64,000 nucleotides of DNA from Vicugna vicugna. Lineage: Eukaryota. The notes under the pieces were generated by a model. The model was not told where the DNA came from. It made no database searches and saw nothing but the letters and a program-made list of their open reading frames with translations. The stretch's first letter is position 1. The number at the start of each line of letters is the position of its first letter. Positions 48,851 through 61,799 of the stretch are shown piece after piece. Where the stretch lies: positions 2,245,370 to 2,309,369 of the forward strand of contig MU057744.1 of NCBI GenBank assembly GCA_013265495.1, written 5' to 3'. The translations under genes and the position numbers were made by a program.

Positions 48851-51727
48851 AGAAACAAAGCAATAAAAATCATAGTACATACTTAAAAAGGGTCGTATTG
48901 TAAAGCTTTTTTCCTTCTCAATCCTACACAAAATGCATAAAAAGTTTCATAATTTTTATACAGTGAGCAGCACGATGCGTTGTCCCTAAGGCGGGTCAAG
49001 AAGCCTCCAGTCCAGCGCCATCCCTGCCTCTGAAAGGCTGTGAGACCAGGGCAACACACTAAGCCTCTCTTGCCACAAAGTTTCACATGAGAAAAATGAG
49101 AGGGTCGACAAGGTATCTTCAAAGGTTGCTGTGATTTCTGGAGTTTAGTGTGTAAATTTTTCTGAGCCCAAGGCTGTGACCTCGTTGTCAGGGACACATA
49201 TGGCGGAAAAGAAGAAACTGAATAAAATCAAGACTTTCCCTGTAGAACAAAAATGTGCCCCACACTTGGAAAGAGACCAACGGCGGTTACGAGAGTCCGT
49301 GCACGTTCTAAGTCTGCTAGAATCTCATCTGAAATTCACTGTGACTGTGACAGTTAATTTGGCGAACGATCCTCGGCCAATACATCCTCCAAAGTCGGAA
49401 TTTAATCTGCAAAACTTGATAAGATGCTGTAATTTCACGACCTGTATGAAGTGAGGCAGGCTTCCCATTTAGCAGTCTCACTTCGGTGTCCCTTTCAAAA
49501 CTGATTATGCAAATCTCCCTTCTTCAAGTGCTTTTTAAAATAGCTCCTTAATCTACCTGCAGGTTCGTTCACTGATGATTTAAATAAAATAAATGTCATA
49601 AACAACATCTTTGAGAACTGCGCTATAATATTTGGTCCACTTTGCGCTAAATGCCTTTTAGGTTCTATTCACCAAATAAAGAAACGCTTTTTTTTTTCAG
49701 TAATGATGCTTGGGCACGATGATGTTTGCGTTATCAAGTTTTTTAGAAGTATTTTGAGAAGTCTAAACGTTATTCGCTAGTCATCGCCCCGATGCCAGGG
49801 CCACTGCTCTGGGTCCCTCAGGCTGTGCGCTCGCCTTGTCTCTTTCCCGGCTGCTCGTCAGTTTCAGGAACTTGTCCTGGGAGGCTGACCGTGGCCCTGT
49901 GACCTGGCGGCATCTCATTTGCAAATGGCCTGAGTCTTGAAGCTGTGATCCAGCGCTACTGCAGGACGGAGGTGGAGCATGGAAGGGGAAGGACTCAGCT
50001 TAACCTATGACAGTTCCCACCCCTGCCGTGCTCAGCCGTCTGCGAAAAGCATTTTTACTGGGTTATGAAGCCGCGTTTACTATCTGCTTCCCCACCATGG
50101 AACTGCATAACTCACTTGCCTGCCAGCCATTCAGGGGCTTCACGGTTGTGACACGGAGAAGAGATGTTTGGCCTGTAATTCTGGACCCTGGCATTGGCTG
50201 TCACGGCACAGAGTCAGAGCTGGCAGCCCTGTGTCAGGAAGAGGTGCGCGAGGCCACGCTGGAAGACGGCGTCTCATCTGAACCGTGTGTTAGCCTGGCT
50301 TCCTTGGGGCTTGATCTGAACTGCCATATGGTTGCCGTGACAGACTGAGTGATCACAGACTATTGAGGGATCTTGACGACAGAATCTGCCGTGTCACTGC
50401 CAAGTCAGCGCCGTCCTAATGGCACGTCTTCACATGTCTCCAGGCCAGGCGACTTCGTGTCCTCATCTATAATTGCACGGCTGCTGAAAATGTCAAGTGT
50501 ATGTTCGAGTCTTGCTTCCTCTTACCGCCCCACGCTGACGCGTCACCCAAGCCCAAATGCTCGCCGTATCCTAAACACGGCTCATTTCCTCTCTTCCCTT
50601 TCTGTCTGTTATGAGAGGGATGAGGTGCAGCTCAGGTTGGCATCCTTGGTCCTCAGCTTGACGCCCGGCACACCCTGTGCACCTGTCAGTATGAACCTCA
50701 TTGAATTTGCTTCTCTTCTCTGTACCAATTGTTTTCATGTTTTCACTGCAAAATGCACTGCAGTATCAGGTTTCTCCATCCTCTCCCCAGTCTCATGTCT
50801 CTTTACCTACGTGCTATCTGCTCGGGTGCAGCTTTGGAAATGTTTTATTGGCTTGTAATTCCTTCAGTATTCCGGAGTTCCAAATACATTGCAAAGCTTT
50901 GCACACTGTATAATGGTCATTGCTGTATAGTGCGTGTGGCGTAATGGTCATTCTGTGCTTTCTCTGATTGCACGACATTCCGGCGGATCCATGTAACCCA
51001 CGCCCAACAAGGAATCAAGCCAATGCTGGGTTTTCATGTATTCCAACTAGGAGAGTGACTTTTATTTTCTAAGTTCCACTCCCATTTCTTTTCTGATCAA
51101 TTTTCAATCCGTAGGATACTCCCAGTCCCCAGGTACTGTTTTCTGAGGCTGTGGGCGTGGGGAGAAGCACGGCTTTCTGAGCAGAGTTGATGTAATGTGC
51201 CTAAAGCAGCAAGATTACCTGCGGAGGACGCTGCCTTGTGTTCAGCTGTGTAACGAGTTTAGGCTTCCGTGCAGAGGCACAGGGCCAGCAAGCAGACTCG
51301 GGGGAGACTGCACGGCATGCTTTTTCGTTTGCCGGTTCCTGCCATTCCTTAGAATAGGGCATTTCCGTCTCATCCTTACTTACTACAGGCTCAAAGCAGA
51401 TCAGCGTTTCGTGGTTTACTCATTTCAAACTGCCAATTTATTGTTAAGTTTGAAAACGTGCTCTGTGCGACTTTCAGAATGAATCAGAATCTTTGATGCG
51501 CCAACATCTGTGGGCTTTTGAAGTCTCCAGAAACTTGATAACGTGTCTTCTGTAACCCTTAGCAGCCTGTCTTTCATGAGTACAGTGTGATATTGGCAAA
51601 CACAGCCACTGAACAATCTAACACTTTGTAGTTAACTGAGAGAGGAGGATCAGATTTTGCAAGGAAAACCCCAGGAAACATCACACATCAGGGGACAAAC
51701 AAAGGCTGGCTGAAAGCATTCCACTGA

Positions 51728-52340
51728 TTTTTTTTTTAATTGAAGTACAGTCAGTTACAATGTGTCAATGTCTGGTGCCCAGCACAGTGTCCCAGTCATG
51801 CAGATACACACATAGATTCCTTTTCACATTGTTTCATTAAAGGTTGTGACAAGTTATTGAATACAGTTCCCTGTGCTGTACAGAAGAAACGGATTTTTAT
51901 CTATTTTTATCTATAGTAGTTAATATTTGCAAATCTCAAACTCCCAAATTTATCCCTTCCCATCCCCTTTCCACCAGTAACCATAAGATTGTTTACTATG
52001 TCTGCGGGTCTGTTTCTGTTTTGTAAGAAAATATAGATTTTTTTTCGTTCTTTTTAGGATGTGTTTGAGCTTATATGATTATCAGTTTAAAGCAAACAGA
52101 TATAGTAATGGGGTAATATACTTGAAAAACAGGGTAACCACAAATCAAAAGCATACAATAGAGTTTAAAAAAAACCCAAAAAGAAACCAAGATAATACAA
52201 ACGAAAATTATCAAACCACAAAAAGAAAAAGAAAAAAGGAACAAGGAGGAAATACCAAATCAACTGGAAAACTAAGTCCAAAATGGCAATAAACACACAT
52301 CTATTAATAATTACCATAAATGTCAAAGGATTAAATGTTC
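51728..52340 (-). mobile_element. LINE-1 inversion-deletion insertion: 3' UTR (minus, about 51728-52025) joined to an inverted inter-ORF/ORF2-start piece (plus, about 52030-52340)
   Basis: PolyT plus L1 3' UTR, then plus-strand AAATGGCAATAAACACACATCTATTAATAATTACCATAAATGTCAAAGGATTAAATGTTC (ORF2 start); TSD CATTCCAYTGATTTTT at 51717-51732 and 52341-52356. Confidence 0.9.
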
Positions 52341-55300
52341 CATTCCATTGATTTTTAATGGAAAAGTTAGAAGCAAAACCCCGGAGCTGATGTTTCAAAG
52401 AAGACTTCTCAGTGACAAAAGGCAAAGGAATGACCGTGGGGGAAATACTGAAGTTCCTTCCTCTGACTGTGGTGGCTCAGAGCTCAAAATCCCCACTGGC
52501 TGGATTTTGCAGAGACACATTTATTTGGGGAGATTTTTTTCCCGCACTGTCAACTGTGTTCCCTCCGAGCGCGCGCACACACGCTGTCGGATCTGCCCAC
52601 AGACGGCGGACACGATCTCAGGGTTCTGGCGCTGCGTGCTGCCCGGGAATCCTGCACTCGCCAGTCGGCAGGCACGTTCGTACAAGTCAGATCTTTAGAC
52701 CAAAAGCCATGTAGTCAAACTACTTTCTAATCCAAGAAACCCACAGCATTTTCAACATCAGTGAAGATTCTTGCTGAGGAACTCTTTCTTTCTCATTTTC
52801 TTCCCTCCCCCTGTGCTAACGTGACTGAGAGTCCAGAACTGAGCAGCAAGGCGTCCTCAAATTAGCTTTCAAAGTTTTGATGTTTGGTATAATTATTCTG
52901 ATGGATTACGTCTTGTCCCTTATTAAAAATAAGGTATGGATCACAAACTGGATATCCACAAGTCTGACTCTCTCCACTGCAGGTGGGGAAGAGACGGGAA
53001 AGTCCTGACCGGCAAGACTTCAAGGAGACCTGTGTGCACTGACCTCCTCTTCCACGGCTGAGTTCTCTGATAATTTTCTTAGGACTCAAAGAACTCATGG
53101 CTTCATAGAAAAGGAGGTCTGCTGTGTGCTCTGACATCACAGCTTTAATAAGGCAGCTCAGGAAACTGGCCGTTTGTAGAGAGAATGTCCCCCAGCTGCC
53201 CAGGCAGGGGAAGCAACCCTCTGGAGTGCCCCTGGCTGTGCGCGGTCGCGTGGGCTTGCTCACTGTAAGGGTGCAGAACTGGCCTTTCCACGGCACAGAG
53301 CAGAGGGACGTGGCTGGGGCTCCTTCTGCGTGCTTAAACTCGAAGGGCAAGGAGAGAGAACTCTGGACCATGTTAGATCACAGAGCCAGAGCAGGAAGAG
53401 TCTTAGAGACAATGTTGTGCAATTTTTATTGACTAGAGCATTGAAATCTCTCGGTTCTAGGAGATGTTCCCACGGTCACACCACTAGGGAACGCTGGGAC
53501 TGGTACTGACCATCCTACCCTCCCAAGCCGGGGTCCATGGCCCTGCCATGTGCTCCCCCCCGCCACCCCTGGAGATAGTGTCGTGTATTTTAAGGGAAAA
53601 ATCTATTCCAACAGTGCTTATCTCCTAGCGTATCCACTTCCTTGGTCCAGGGACCTCTAGAGTCCCCTCCATGATGCTTCTGGTTATTCTAAAGGCAAGA
53701 GTTGACTTCGCTTTAGAGTGGGTCCAAGGCTGCCAATTCCCTGACTTGTACCAATGAGACCAAGAGTCTTTGTCCTCCTGGTGGTCTCTGCAATGCCAGA
53801 GGAATCAGGGTTCTAATAATAATATTTATAGTAGTAATTATAACAATATTTATAGAATGATATTTCTTGTGTTCCGTCTTGTATTTATCCAGTGGGTGGG
53901 GACCACTGCGATCTCGAGGCGTCATATTACAATGGAGCAGCTGAGCATCTCTGGCCCACTCTGACTTTTCTCTTATGGTCTTCAGACTGCCTCCCAGAAA
54001 AGAGTAAGGAGAACTCAGTGAAATGCACGGCAGATGGAGACGCAGGTGCAAAGCCAGGTCACGGAGGAGTCGAGATTCCAGCGGAGATGATTCGGGTTGT
54101 GCTCCCGAAGACGGTGATTAAGCCACTCAGCCAAAGCGCTGAGTGCAGACAAGGGCATCAGGTGAACTGCACATCCACAGAGATGGAGGCAAAGTCCACA
54201 ATCTGCCAAATGGACAGGCAAAAAAACCAATGAAGAAATCAGAAATTTAGAATGTTAAATGCACAAAATACCTGACTGTGAAATTTAAATTTGCTTCCAT
54301 GAGAACACATCTGAAGTGTTTTGCATCAGTGTTCTCAGAGGGGGTCAATATTCCAATACATTTATTCAGATAAATTGTCTCCAATCATTCTCTGCGACAC
54401 CAACAGCGGAATGTCTTCCCTATTTATTTGTTCAGTAATTTGTAGGGAGAAATGATAGAATTCTGATATCAGTAGCCCTGTCAAGGCTCTTTCCATCTCA
54501 AACTGAAACAAATACTGATTTTTATCATTTAATATTAACTGAACAATTTCTTTTTGTGTGAAGAAACTTTTCTAACTTTTCTTTTCCTTTTTTTTTTTTT
54601 AAGAAAGTAATTCCAGGAGCACAACTTACTTGGGGTGTTCAGTTCATGTCCAGGCTCCCTGGTATTGGCGCACAGCGACGTGCACACTTAGGAATAATGT
54701 GGAGCATACCGTTTCTGAGGACCTGTTCTAACCACGGGCAGAAAGCGGAGCCCTGCAATGTTTCCACCGAGGTACATTTGTGAAGCATCTGATGATTTCA
54801 GGCTGGAGGTGAGGCCAGCTCCGGTTTCCTGCCCAGAGCTTGCAATCCAGCGAGAGCTAAGCCACAGCACACGCCAGCGCAGTCTCTGAAGGACACCCTC
54901 AGCCCAGGCGCCTGTCCCAGCGCCCGCCGGGGCGAGGCGGGCACCGGGGGCCGTTGCGCGCTCAGTCAGCCCTTGTCGACAGTGAAACGCTCCCTCAGAA
55001 GGAGGGCAAAGACGGGGTCACGGCAGTCAGGTCAACGCCAGGGACGGAGACGCCTGGCTGTGGGCCTGCGGGTTAACACGTCCAGTCGGTAGCGCACTTC
55101 ACACAACTGTCTGAAGCAAGCGGTCACTTCATCAGCTCAAAAGAAGACAGCGGCCTGCCTGTAGCCGTGCGGTGTCCGCTCACGTGCGTGACTGACGGCA
55201 CACCTGGGTGTTCTGCCCACCTTGCTTGGGAAAAGGATATTTTAAGCGTATTGTGAACAAGAGAAAAGAAACCATGCTCTGTTGGCCAAACTGCTTAGTA

Positions 55301-58300
55301 AGACAACTTGCTCAAAACCTGGTGCCTGGCTTCTTGCATCTGTTGTTATTAAAGTCTGCCTGTTTTCACAGGGACTTCAGGAACTGAAGACTTTTAGAAG
55401 CCGTGTTTTAGCAACAGTAGTTGTCATGGAAGACATCTTGCTTCTTCTCCTGTGTCTTTCTCCAGCGGACAGCGGACGTGTCATGGTGCCACCTGCACGC
55501 CGCCCCACATCCTGTTTTGCTGAACAGTCTCGAGGGCTTGAAACGGTGACCATTCCCGGCACCTCTGCCACCCGTCCTCTGAGAGTGTCCAGCCCAGAGC
55601 CCAGGAAACCCTCCCTGCTTCGCTGGGTAGTAGCTGCTTCTCCGGAGGCTCTTCTCTGTCCAGCTGGTGAGGACAGACCTTCCTCTCCCTCCGATTTCCT
55701 TGCCTGAAACAACTCTTGATACATTTTTGTATCTTATTTTATAATAAATAAATAGAAGTTTTAACCCAAAGAGTCCGTCACGAGTTCCCGCAGGCGCAGA
55801 GTGCAGTGTTCTGCCTCGCTTTGGAGGGGCTCAGATGCGCGGGAGTGGATGGCAAGAACTTCCCCCTTGCCTGCCCTCACGTTCTCCGGAAGTCCTTCCT
55901 CCGATCTAGCCGGCTGCCTGTCTACCTCCCATAGCAAACCCTCATGACCTTCTCTCCCCTCGACTCCAGGCCCTAGAAAGCCTGTAATCTGCCACCGTGA
56001 TCGAAGGCTCAGAAGCTCTCCCCACGGCGTGGGCTGGGATGCCGTCAACGGTGGCACGTTCAGCTCTCTCCTGGGGGGCAGGCTCCTCTCTAAGTTGTCC
56101 TCCTCGCCCCCCAGCAGACACTTTCTATGGTGTATGGAGAGGAAAGCCTCACAGCAGAGACGGTGGGAGACCACTTCCTTGAGTCCAGCTGTGCAGGAGC
56201 GGGAAAAACGTGGACGCCTTAGTAATCGAAGTGTCTGCCGTGGAGATGCCACTGACTACAGCGGCGTCAGGTGCGAGGCTGCAGGCACGCCGGTGCAGCG
56301 GCCACCCTGCCACCAGACCCAGTTCTGGAAGCTCTTCCTACAGGGCTGGTGTCTGTGTTTTATCGCTGCTTGCTTCAGCGCCTGATGAAGCACAGTGAAG
56401 TGCGAAATGCTCAATTACAACTGGGTAAACAAAACCGCCGGGATCAAACATTGTTAAACTGGGCGCCTGGCTGTGTAGCGTCCATTTCTCTTTATCTCGG
56501 GACAGGGTGTAGGCACTTTAGGCAGATAATTTTGTGAACAAATTCACAGTTACTGAGACCAAAAGACCTCATAAGTCAATTTCACGCTGAGTTGTTTAAA
56601 ACCATTTTCATATCAAACATTTCATCACTTCCCTACTTTGCAAATACCTTCTGAAGTCTGAATTTCTGAGAGCTGGATTGTGCATGAGTTTCCTCCCCCT
56701 GTAAGCTCTTTGGGGTATTAATCTGTGAAAATATTCTCGAACGTTGATACTGGTAAAAATAGATTCAAGAGACTATCAAGAATATAATTTTAAATGTCTT
56801 TCATACACAGCCCTGAACACTGAAACACGTATCACAAGCTGACGCAGACCCTGTCTTGCTGAACTCTGTGGTTCCTGCACTGACCGAGGGCTTCGTTAGG
56901 AAACCTCTTCCAGGTTCTCTAGCTGACAGCAGGATGGGCTCCCTCATGCTGTACCTGAAATATTTCTGGGGTATTTATTCTTTTTAGATCACAGCAGATA
57001 TGTATTTCTGATAGTATAAGCTGGTATTTTCTGAGATATCTGTTCTGACATTAGAATTTTATTTCGGGCTAATTTTACGCGAGATTGGGAAAGAAATGAG
57101 CTTTCTCCTTATAAATCTCCTATTCATTCTTCAGGTATTATTCTGTCATCCTTCCGTGAGTAATCTTCGTGGGGTTTTGCAGAGTTTAATGGCCAGAAAA
57201 TGTAAGAACATAAAAACTTGATGCAAACACATGACTATCACTTCTTTGATGTTTCAAAGGAGATTTGTGACCAAGCAGTGATGGCGAACAGACATTCCCT
57301 TTCCAATATGCTGGCGGGCGTGCCTAACCTCCAAGGCCTGAGACCCATGGCCATGGCTGGAAGAGACACAGTTCAGACTAACGTGATTCAAGAAGAGAAA
57401 CAGAGGGAGGAATAGAAGAAGAGAGACAGGGAGAGGGAGACAGAAGTGGAGGCAGCGACAAGGACAGAAGGGCAGCGGAGAGCGAGTGGGCAGGCGAGAG
57501 CGGCTGGACCTGGAGCTGCTCGGTGGGAGGAGGCGGCCACACCCACGGCCGCCGGCACCCCGTCCACCGCCTAGAACCAGCCAAACACGCTCTTGAGGGG
57601 AAGCCTGGAGTCGGGTGAGAAAACCCTGCAGATCCTTGCGTTTTCTTCGCTGTCAGGAAAGGCCTGCGGATGACTGCTCACATGCTGAGATGATAAGAGG
57701 CTAGTCTCAGGAGCTCTGTGGTTAAACATGGGGACCGTTGGGTACACTAACAAAAAATCTGTGATGAAACATCTTAAATATTGGCAATAAAATTTCTTTT
57801 TTGGGGTAAAATTACCTTAGGTTGAAAAATAAAATCTAGTTTTGAAGTCTTGTGTCATTATTCCCCTGGGACCATTTGTAAGGTTCAGCCAGCAGCCAGT
57901 CTATTATACTTCCGTTAACTGGTCCAGGAACTCGCCACCGAGGGAACTGCTTCCGCAGACGCCGTGGGCAGCGATGTGCCTGTGCACGCGTATTGTGTGT
58001 GTGCCTGTGAGCTAAGAGGGTTTGGAAAAGGGACAAAGAACATTTTGTCACTTTCTTCCTATACCGTTTGTTTGCACACAGATAAGAAGATACGAAAGAC
58101 TGAGATCCTTGAAAGACTGAAATTGTCTCCCTGGAAATTTTCTTTGCATTTTAAATAGCTGCTTATGCACTGGTGACTTAATTTTTCATCAGCTCAGAAA
58201 AATAAAATATGTTGAAATATAAAAGGACTAAAGCTTGTTTAACGAAAGTTAGAAAAATTTACTTAAAAACCTAATTTTTAAGAGTTAAATCAGTAATGAA

Positions 58301-60028
58301 AGAAAAAAATGAAGTAAGTCTTGAATTGTGGTGTTCCCTGCCTTCCTTTTTTCCTGTGTCTGGAAACAGGACTAGCATTTACTCTTCTACATCTATAAGC
58401 AAATCTGCTCTATTTAATAAACCACGACACTTGAATTTTAACAAATCTACGTTGAACACAAAGATACTGATTTTGTCCAACCATAAAGTTAACTTTGCAC
58501 TGATTCAAGACCTGCCTGGTGTAACAATTTTATGGAAATTTTAAAATTGAAAAATTGTATTGTCCTGCTCCATGGGGGTTCTAGCTCAGCAGAAAGGTAA
58601 CACGTTTTCCTGATAGCTAAATGGACCAATGTGGATAATGTGCATCTCTGCACCAGTCAGCGCGGCCAGGGGATTAGAAACTGTAACGACTGCCCAGACC
58701 AGGACCCTTGGGCAGGATGAATAAACTTGTATGCCGTGCAATAAAGTGTGAGAAGGAAGGTTTAATCAAAGACAAACGTGCGCTGTTATCAGAGTACCAT
58801 AAATGCACAGAAGACAGCAAATACAGCAGACACTCTAACAAATGCATCAATGAGCGTCTTTCCCCTGCCGTAGCCATTTGCCCTTGCTAAAATCAGCCCC
58901 CCAAAATTCACATGTCTTTGTTTGCTGTGGTGTGAGGGTGAGGAAAGCTCACCCCGCCCCCCCCCCAAATTCACAGCAACAATCTTCTTCCCCTGGCTGT
59001 GGAATCCAGCACCAAATGCACAAGCCATCGGGAGAGCTGGCACTCCTGAAGGGCGACCAAAATGAACGACTGCCCAGACTCTCTTTTGACGTTTCTGTGA
59101 CATGCTCTGTCTTGAACTCTTCCTCTTCAGAGTGAGGTGATAAATATTTATGTTAACAAGTCTCCATGCATTTCTATCTCCAAAGATGTATCATTTATCA
59201 ATCTACTGCTTACAACCCAACTGAAGAGACACACTAAGGAAAAGATCATTGATCATAAAAGTCAAGAACGGGGACGGTTCAAAGCAAGACCCCGGGTCCA
59301 ATGACTAAGGCCCGTGTTCACTTCAACGTCTCTGAATAGCTTTTGTTGACCAAAGACTAGTGTTCTAACAGCTTTAATACTGAGGAGAGGCACTTTGAAG
59401 TAAAGTGACCGTTAACCGGCAAAATGCTTTGGGATACACACCTGACTATCCTGAGCAAAAATGCAAACTTTGCTTTAATAAAAGAAAGGTTAAGAGTGGT
59501 TAAACTAAGTCAATTCTTTTTTAAATTGACCATTAATTCTTTCTCTTTTAATCATTCCGTGCCTTTCCATCTGATTCTGCAAGACTTTTCTAGTATTTAT
59601 GTCCTTTTTGTTACAAAGAACATGTGCCCTCTGCTCTCATGGTCTGGCTCCCAGCTCGGTGATGGCTGAACAGGGTAGAGCTGTCCAGATACATACAGCT
59701 CAGGACGAGAGTCCAGAGGAAGCTGACGACATGAAATGAAGAGGGCAGGGCACAGATAAGGGAAGTCAAGAATAAGAGAATGACAGAAACACTCAGTGGG
59801 CCAAGGCTGGTTCTTTATAAGGAATAATAAAGCGGAGGAGCTCCAACATGTCTGATTTTAAGTAGGCGTGAACAGATGCATGGGGCACATTCCATGAACT
59901 GCGTATAGAAGGTGTTTATGGAAGACGACATTGCGTGTTTGTTGCATATTCATGCCAGTGCATTTTACAGTTTGCTCCAGCTGTTTGCATTTCTAAACAA
60001 CCAAAACGGCCAATATTGACTCCACTCA

Positions 60029-60110
60029 TAGAGCGACCAACCGTCTGGTTTGTACGAGACTGATGGATGTCCAAGGGTGTGGAAACTTCAGCGCTAACAC
60101 TGAGGAAGTT
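60029..60110 (+). mobile_element. MER81-like (hAT-Blackjack) DNA transposon fragment
   Basis: TAGAGCGACCAACCGTCTGGTTTGTACGAGACTGATGGATGTCC...AACTTCAGCGCTAACACTGAGGAAGT follows the MER81 consensus as recalled. Confidence 0.7.
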
Positions 60111-60189
60111 AAGGGGAAAACTTCCTAAGTCAGAAGTAATGGGATAATTGTATATATCACTGTCTGTTTAAGTAAATGAGGGATCTAAA

Positions 60190-61200
60190 AATTCATACAC
60201 TTCACCAAATGTACCAGGCCTACAAGGACTTTATAGCTGAGTTTTACCAGACCTTCAAGGAACAATCCTAATTTGGTGTAATCTTTTAGAAAACAAAAAA
60301 ATAGGGAATTCTGCCCAACTCACTTTTTAAGTACGTTTTGCCAACCTGAAAGATGACAGTATAAGAAATCATTAGACCGACTTCACTTTGAACGTAAATG
60401 CAAAACTCCTGATGCCATCTGGCTGGCTGAAGACACAATGTATATAAAATATATGTTGCAATCACGTCAGATGAATTCCAGATATGCAACAAGTTACATC
60501 AGGCATTCTACCAATATTATCCGGTACATAAGTGGATTAAATGGAATAAATAATTGAAAGATCAAAGAAGAATTAAAAATAATTAATCTCTTATCAGATG
60601 AGCCAATATTTAAAAGTTGGAGAATAACAAGCTCTGGCTAGGACGTTGAAACTTGTTGGTAGAAAGATAAAGTGGCGACACTCCTTGGACACAATTTTAT
60701 GACACCGTCCTTTGACTCAGGAGTCCCACTGATATGCACAACCAAGGAGATACGCTAAGAATGTCCAGACTAAAACTATGATGGTGACATGTGAAGACAA
60801 TCTGAAGCTGCATTAACAGGAGGTGGATACAATGTGACATCATGATACAAGAGTCTATGTGATGATTACCACGAACGAACTAGGTGTGCATGCATAAGCG
60901 AGAATAAACCCCTGAAACAGCTGAAATGATAAAAAAAATCACTGCTGAGTGTTCAAACTGGAATAACAGAGAATTACGGGAGACGGCGGGCACAGCTGTC
61001 GTAAGACATCCTGGCGGCACAGGCACGCAGACATGCAGGAAACGTGGTTGAAAGGGTGTCAGGATGCTGACTACCTCTGAGAGCGTGAAGGGCGTGGGTA
61101 CGGGCAACGCTGGCTGTAACTGTACTGTTTTATCTCAGTGTTTCGGATGAAATCTGAAGCAAAATGTGACCACTGTATTTTAATTCTGGGGTTAGTTCAG
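60190..61200 (+). mobile_element. Ancient L1 (L1ME-like) ORF2/3' remnants
   Basis: ACCAGGCCTACAAGGACTTTATAGCTGAGTTTTACCAGACCTTCAAGGAACAA (degenerate PGPDGF..EFYQTFKE motif); later TTTGACTCAGGAGTCCCACT. Confidence 0.75.
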
Positions 61201-61799
61201 TGATAAGCACCACCGAATTCTATGGATTGTCTGCTTATCAAAAGTAGTTCACTACACGAGAAGCTGTCAAAGCAACGCAAACTGACTGTACGTCAATAAA
61301 AAAAAATACAAAAAAAAGTGGTTTATAATAAAAAGTATCTTAAAAAGCACACAAAGTGGTCTGAAACCCACACAGTGACAGACGCCTACTTGAAACGAAA
61401 TACATTGTGCTGGCACCACTAACCGTGTCGTGGCTAGAAGGATTCAGAAAGTCACTCCCTGCTGACTCCCAAACGCTTACTAGGTTTCTCCTGACCTCCA
61501 TCAAAAGTCACATCTCGCTGCTGCCTGAACACCTGACCCTGAACAGCCCCCAAATAACGCCTCCTCGGAAGCGCATCACCACTTACGGGTCCTGATCTGA
61601 CGCCTCCTCCTCAGCCTTTCTGCTCCTCACTGTCATCCTTCTCCCCCCACCGTACGCAAACGTTGAGGAAACAGTGTACGTGCTCTGTGCAAAGTGCCTC
61701 CAGAACCTAGGGCAGTTCCTAGCACTGTGTCCCAGCCTCGCTGCCGGTAGGTTAGTCAGCCCGACGCATCTCCTGTGTGAGTGTTTGCTGTGTGTATTT

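Noticed and set aside
53892..54233. 113-aa ORF with an internal acceptor-like site
   Set aside because: No recognisable protein family and no consistent neighbouring coding exons
55282..56385. ORFs of 115-163 aa on both strands
   Set aside because: No domain similarity I can recognise; overlapping opposite-strand ORFs in moderately GC-rich DNA
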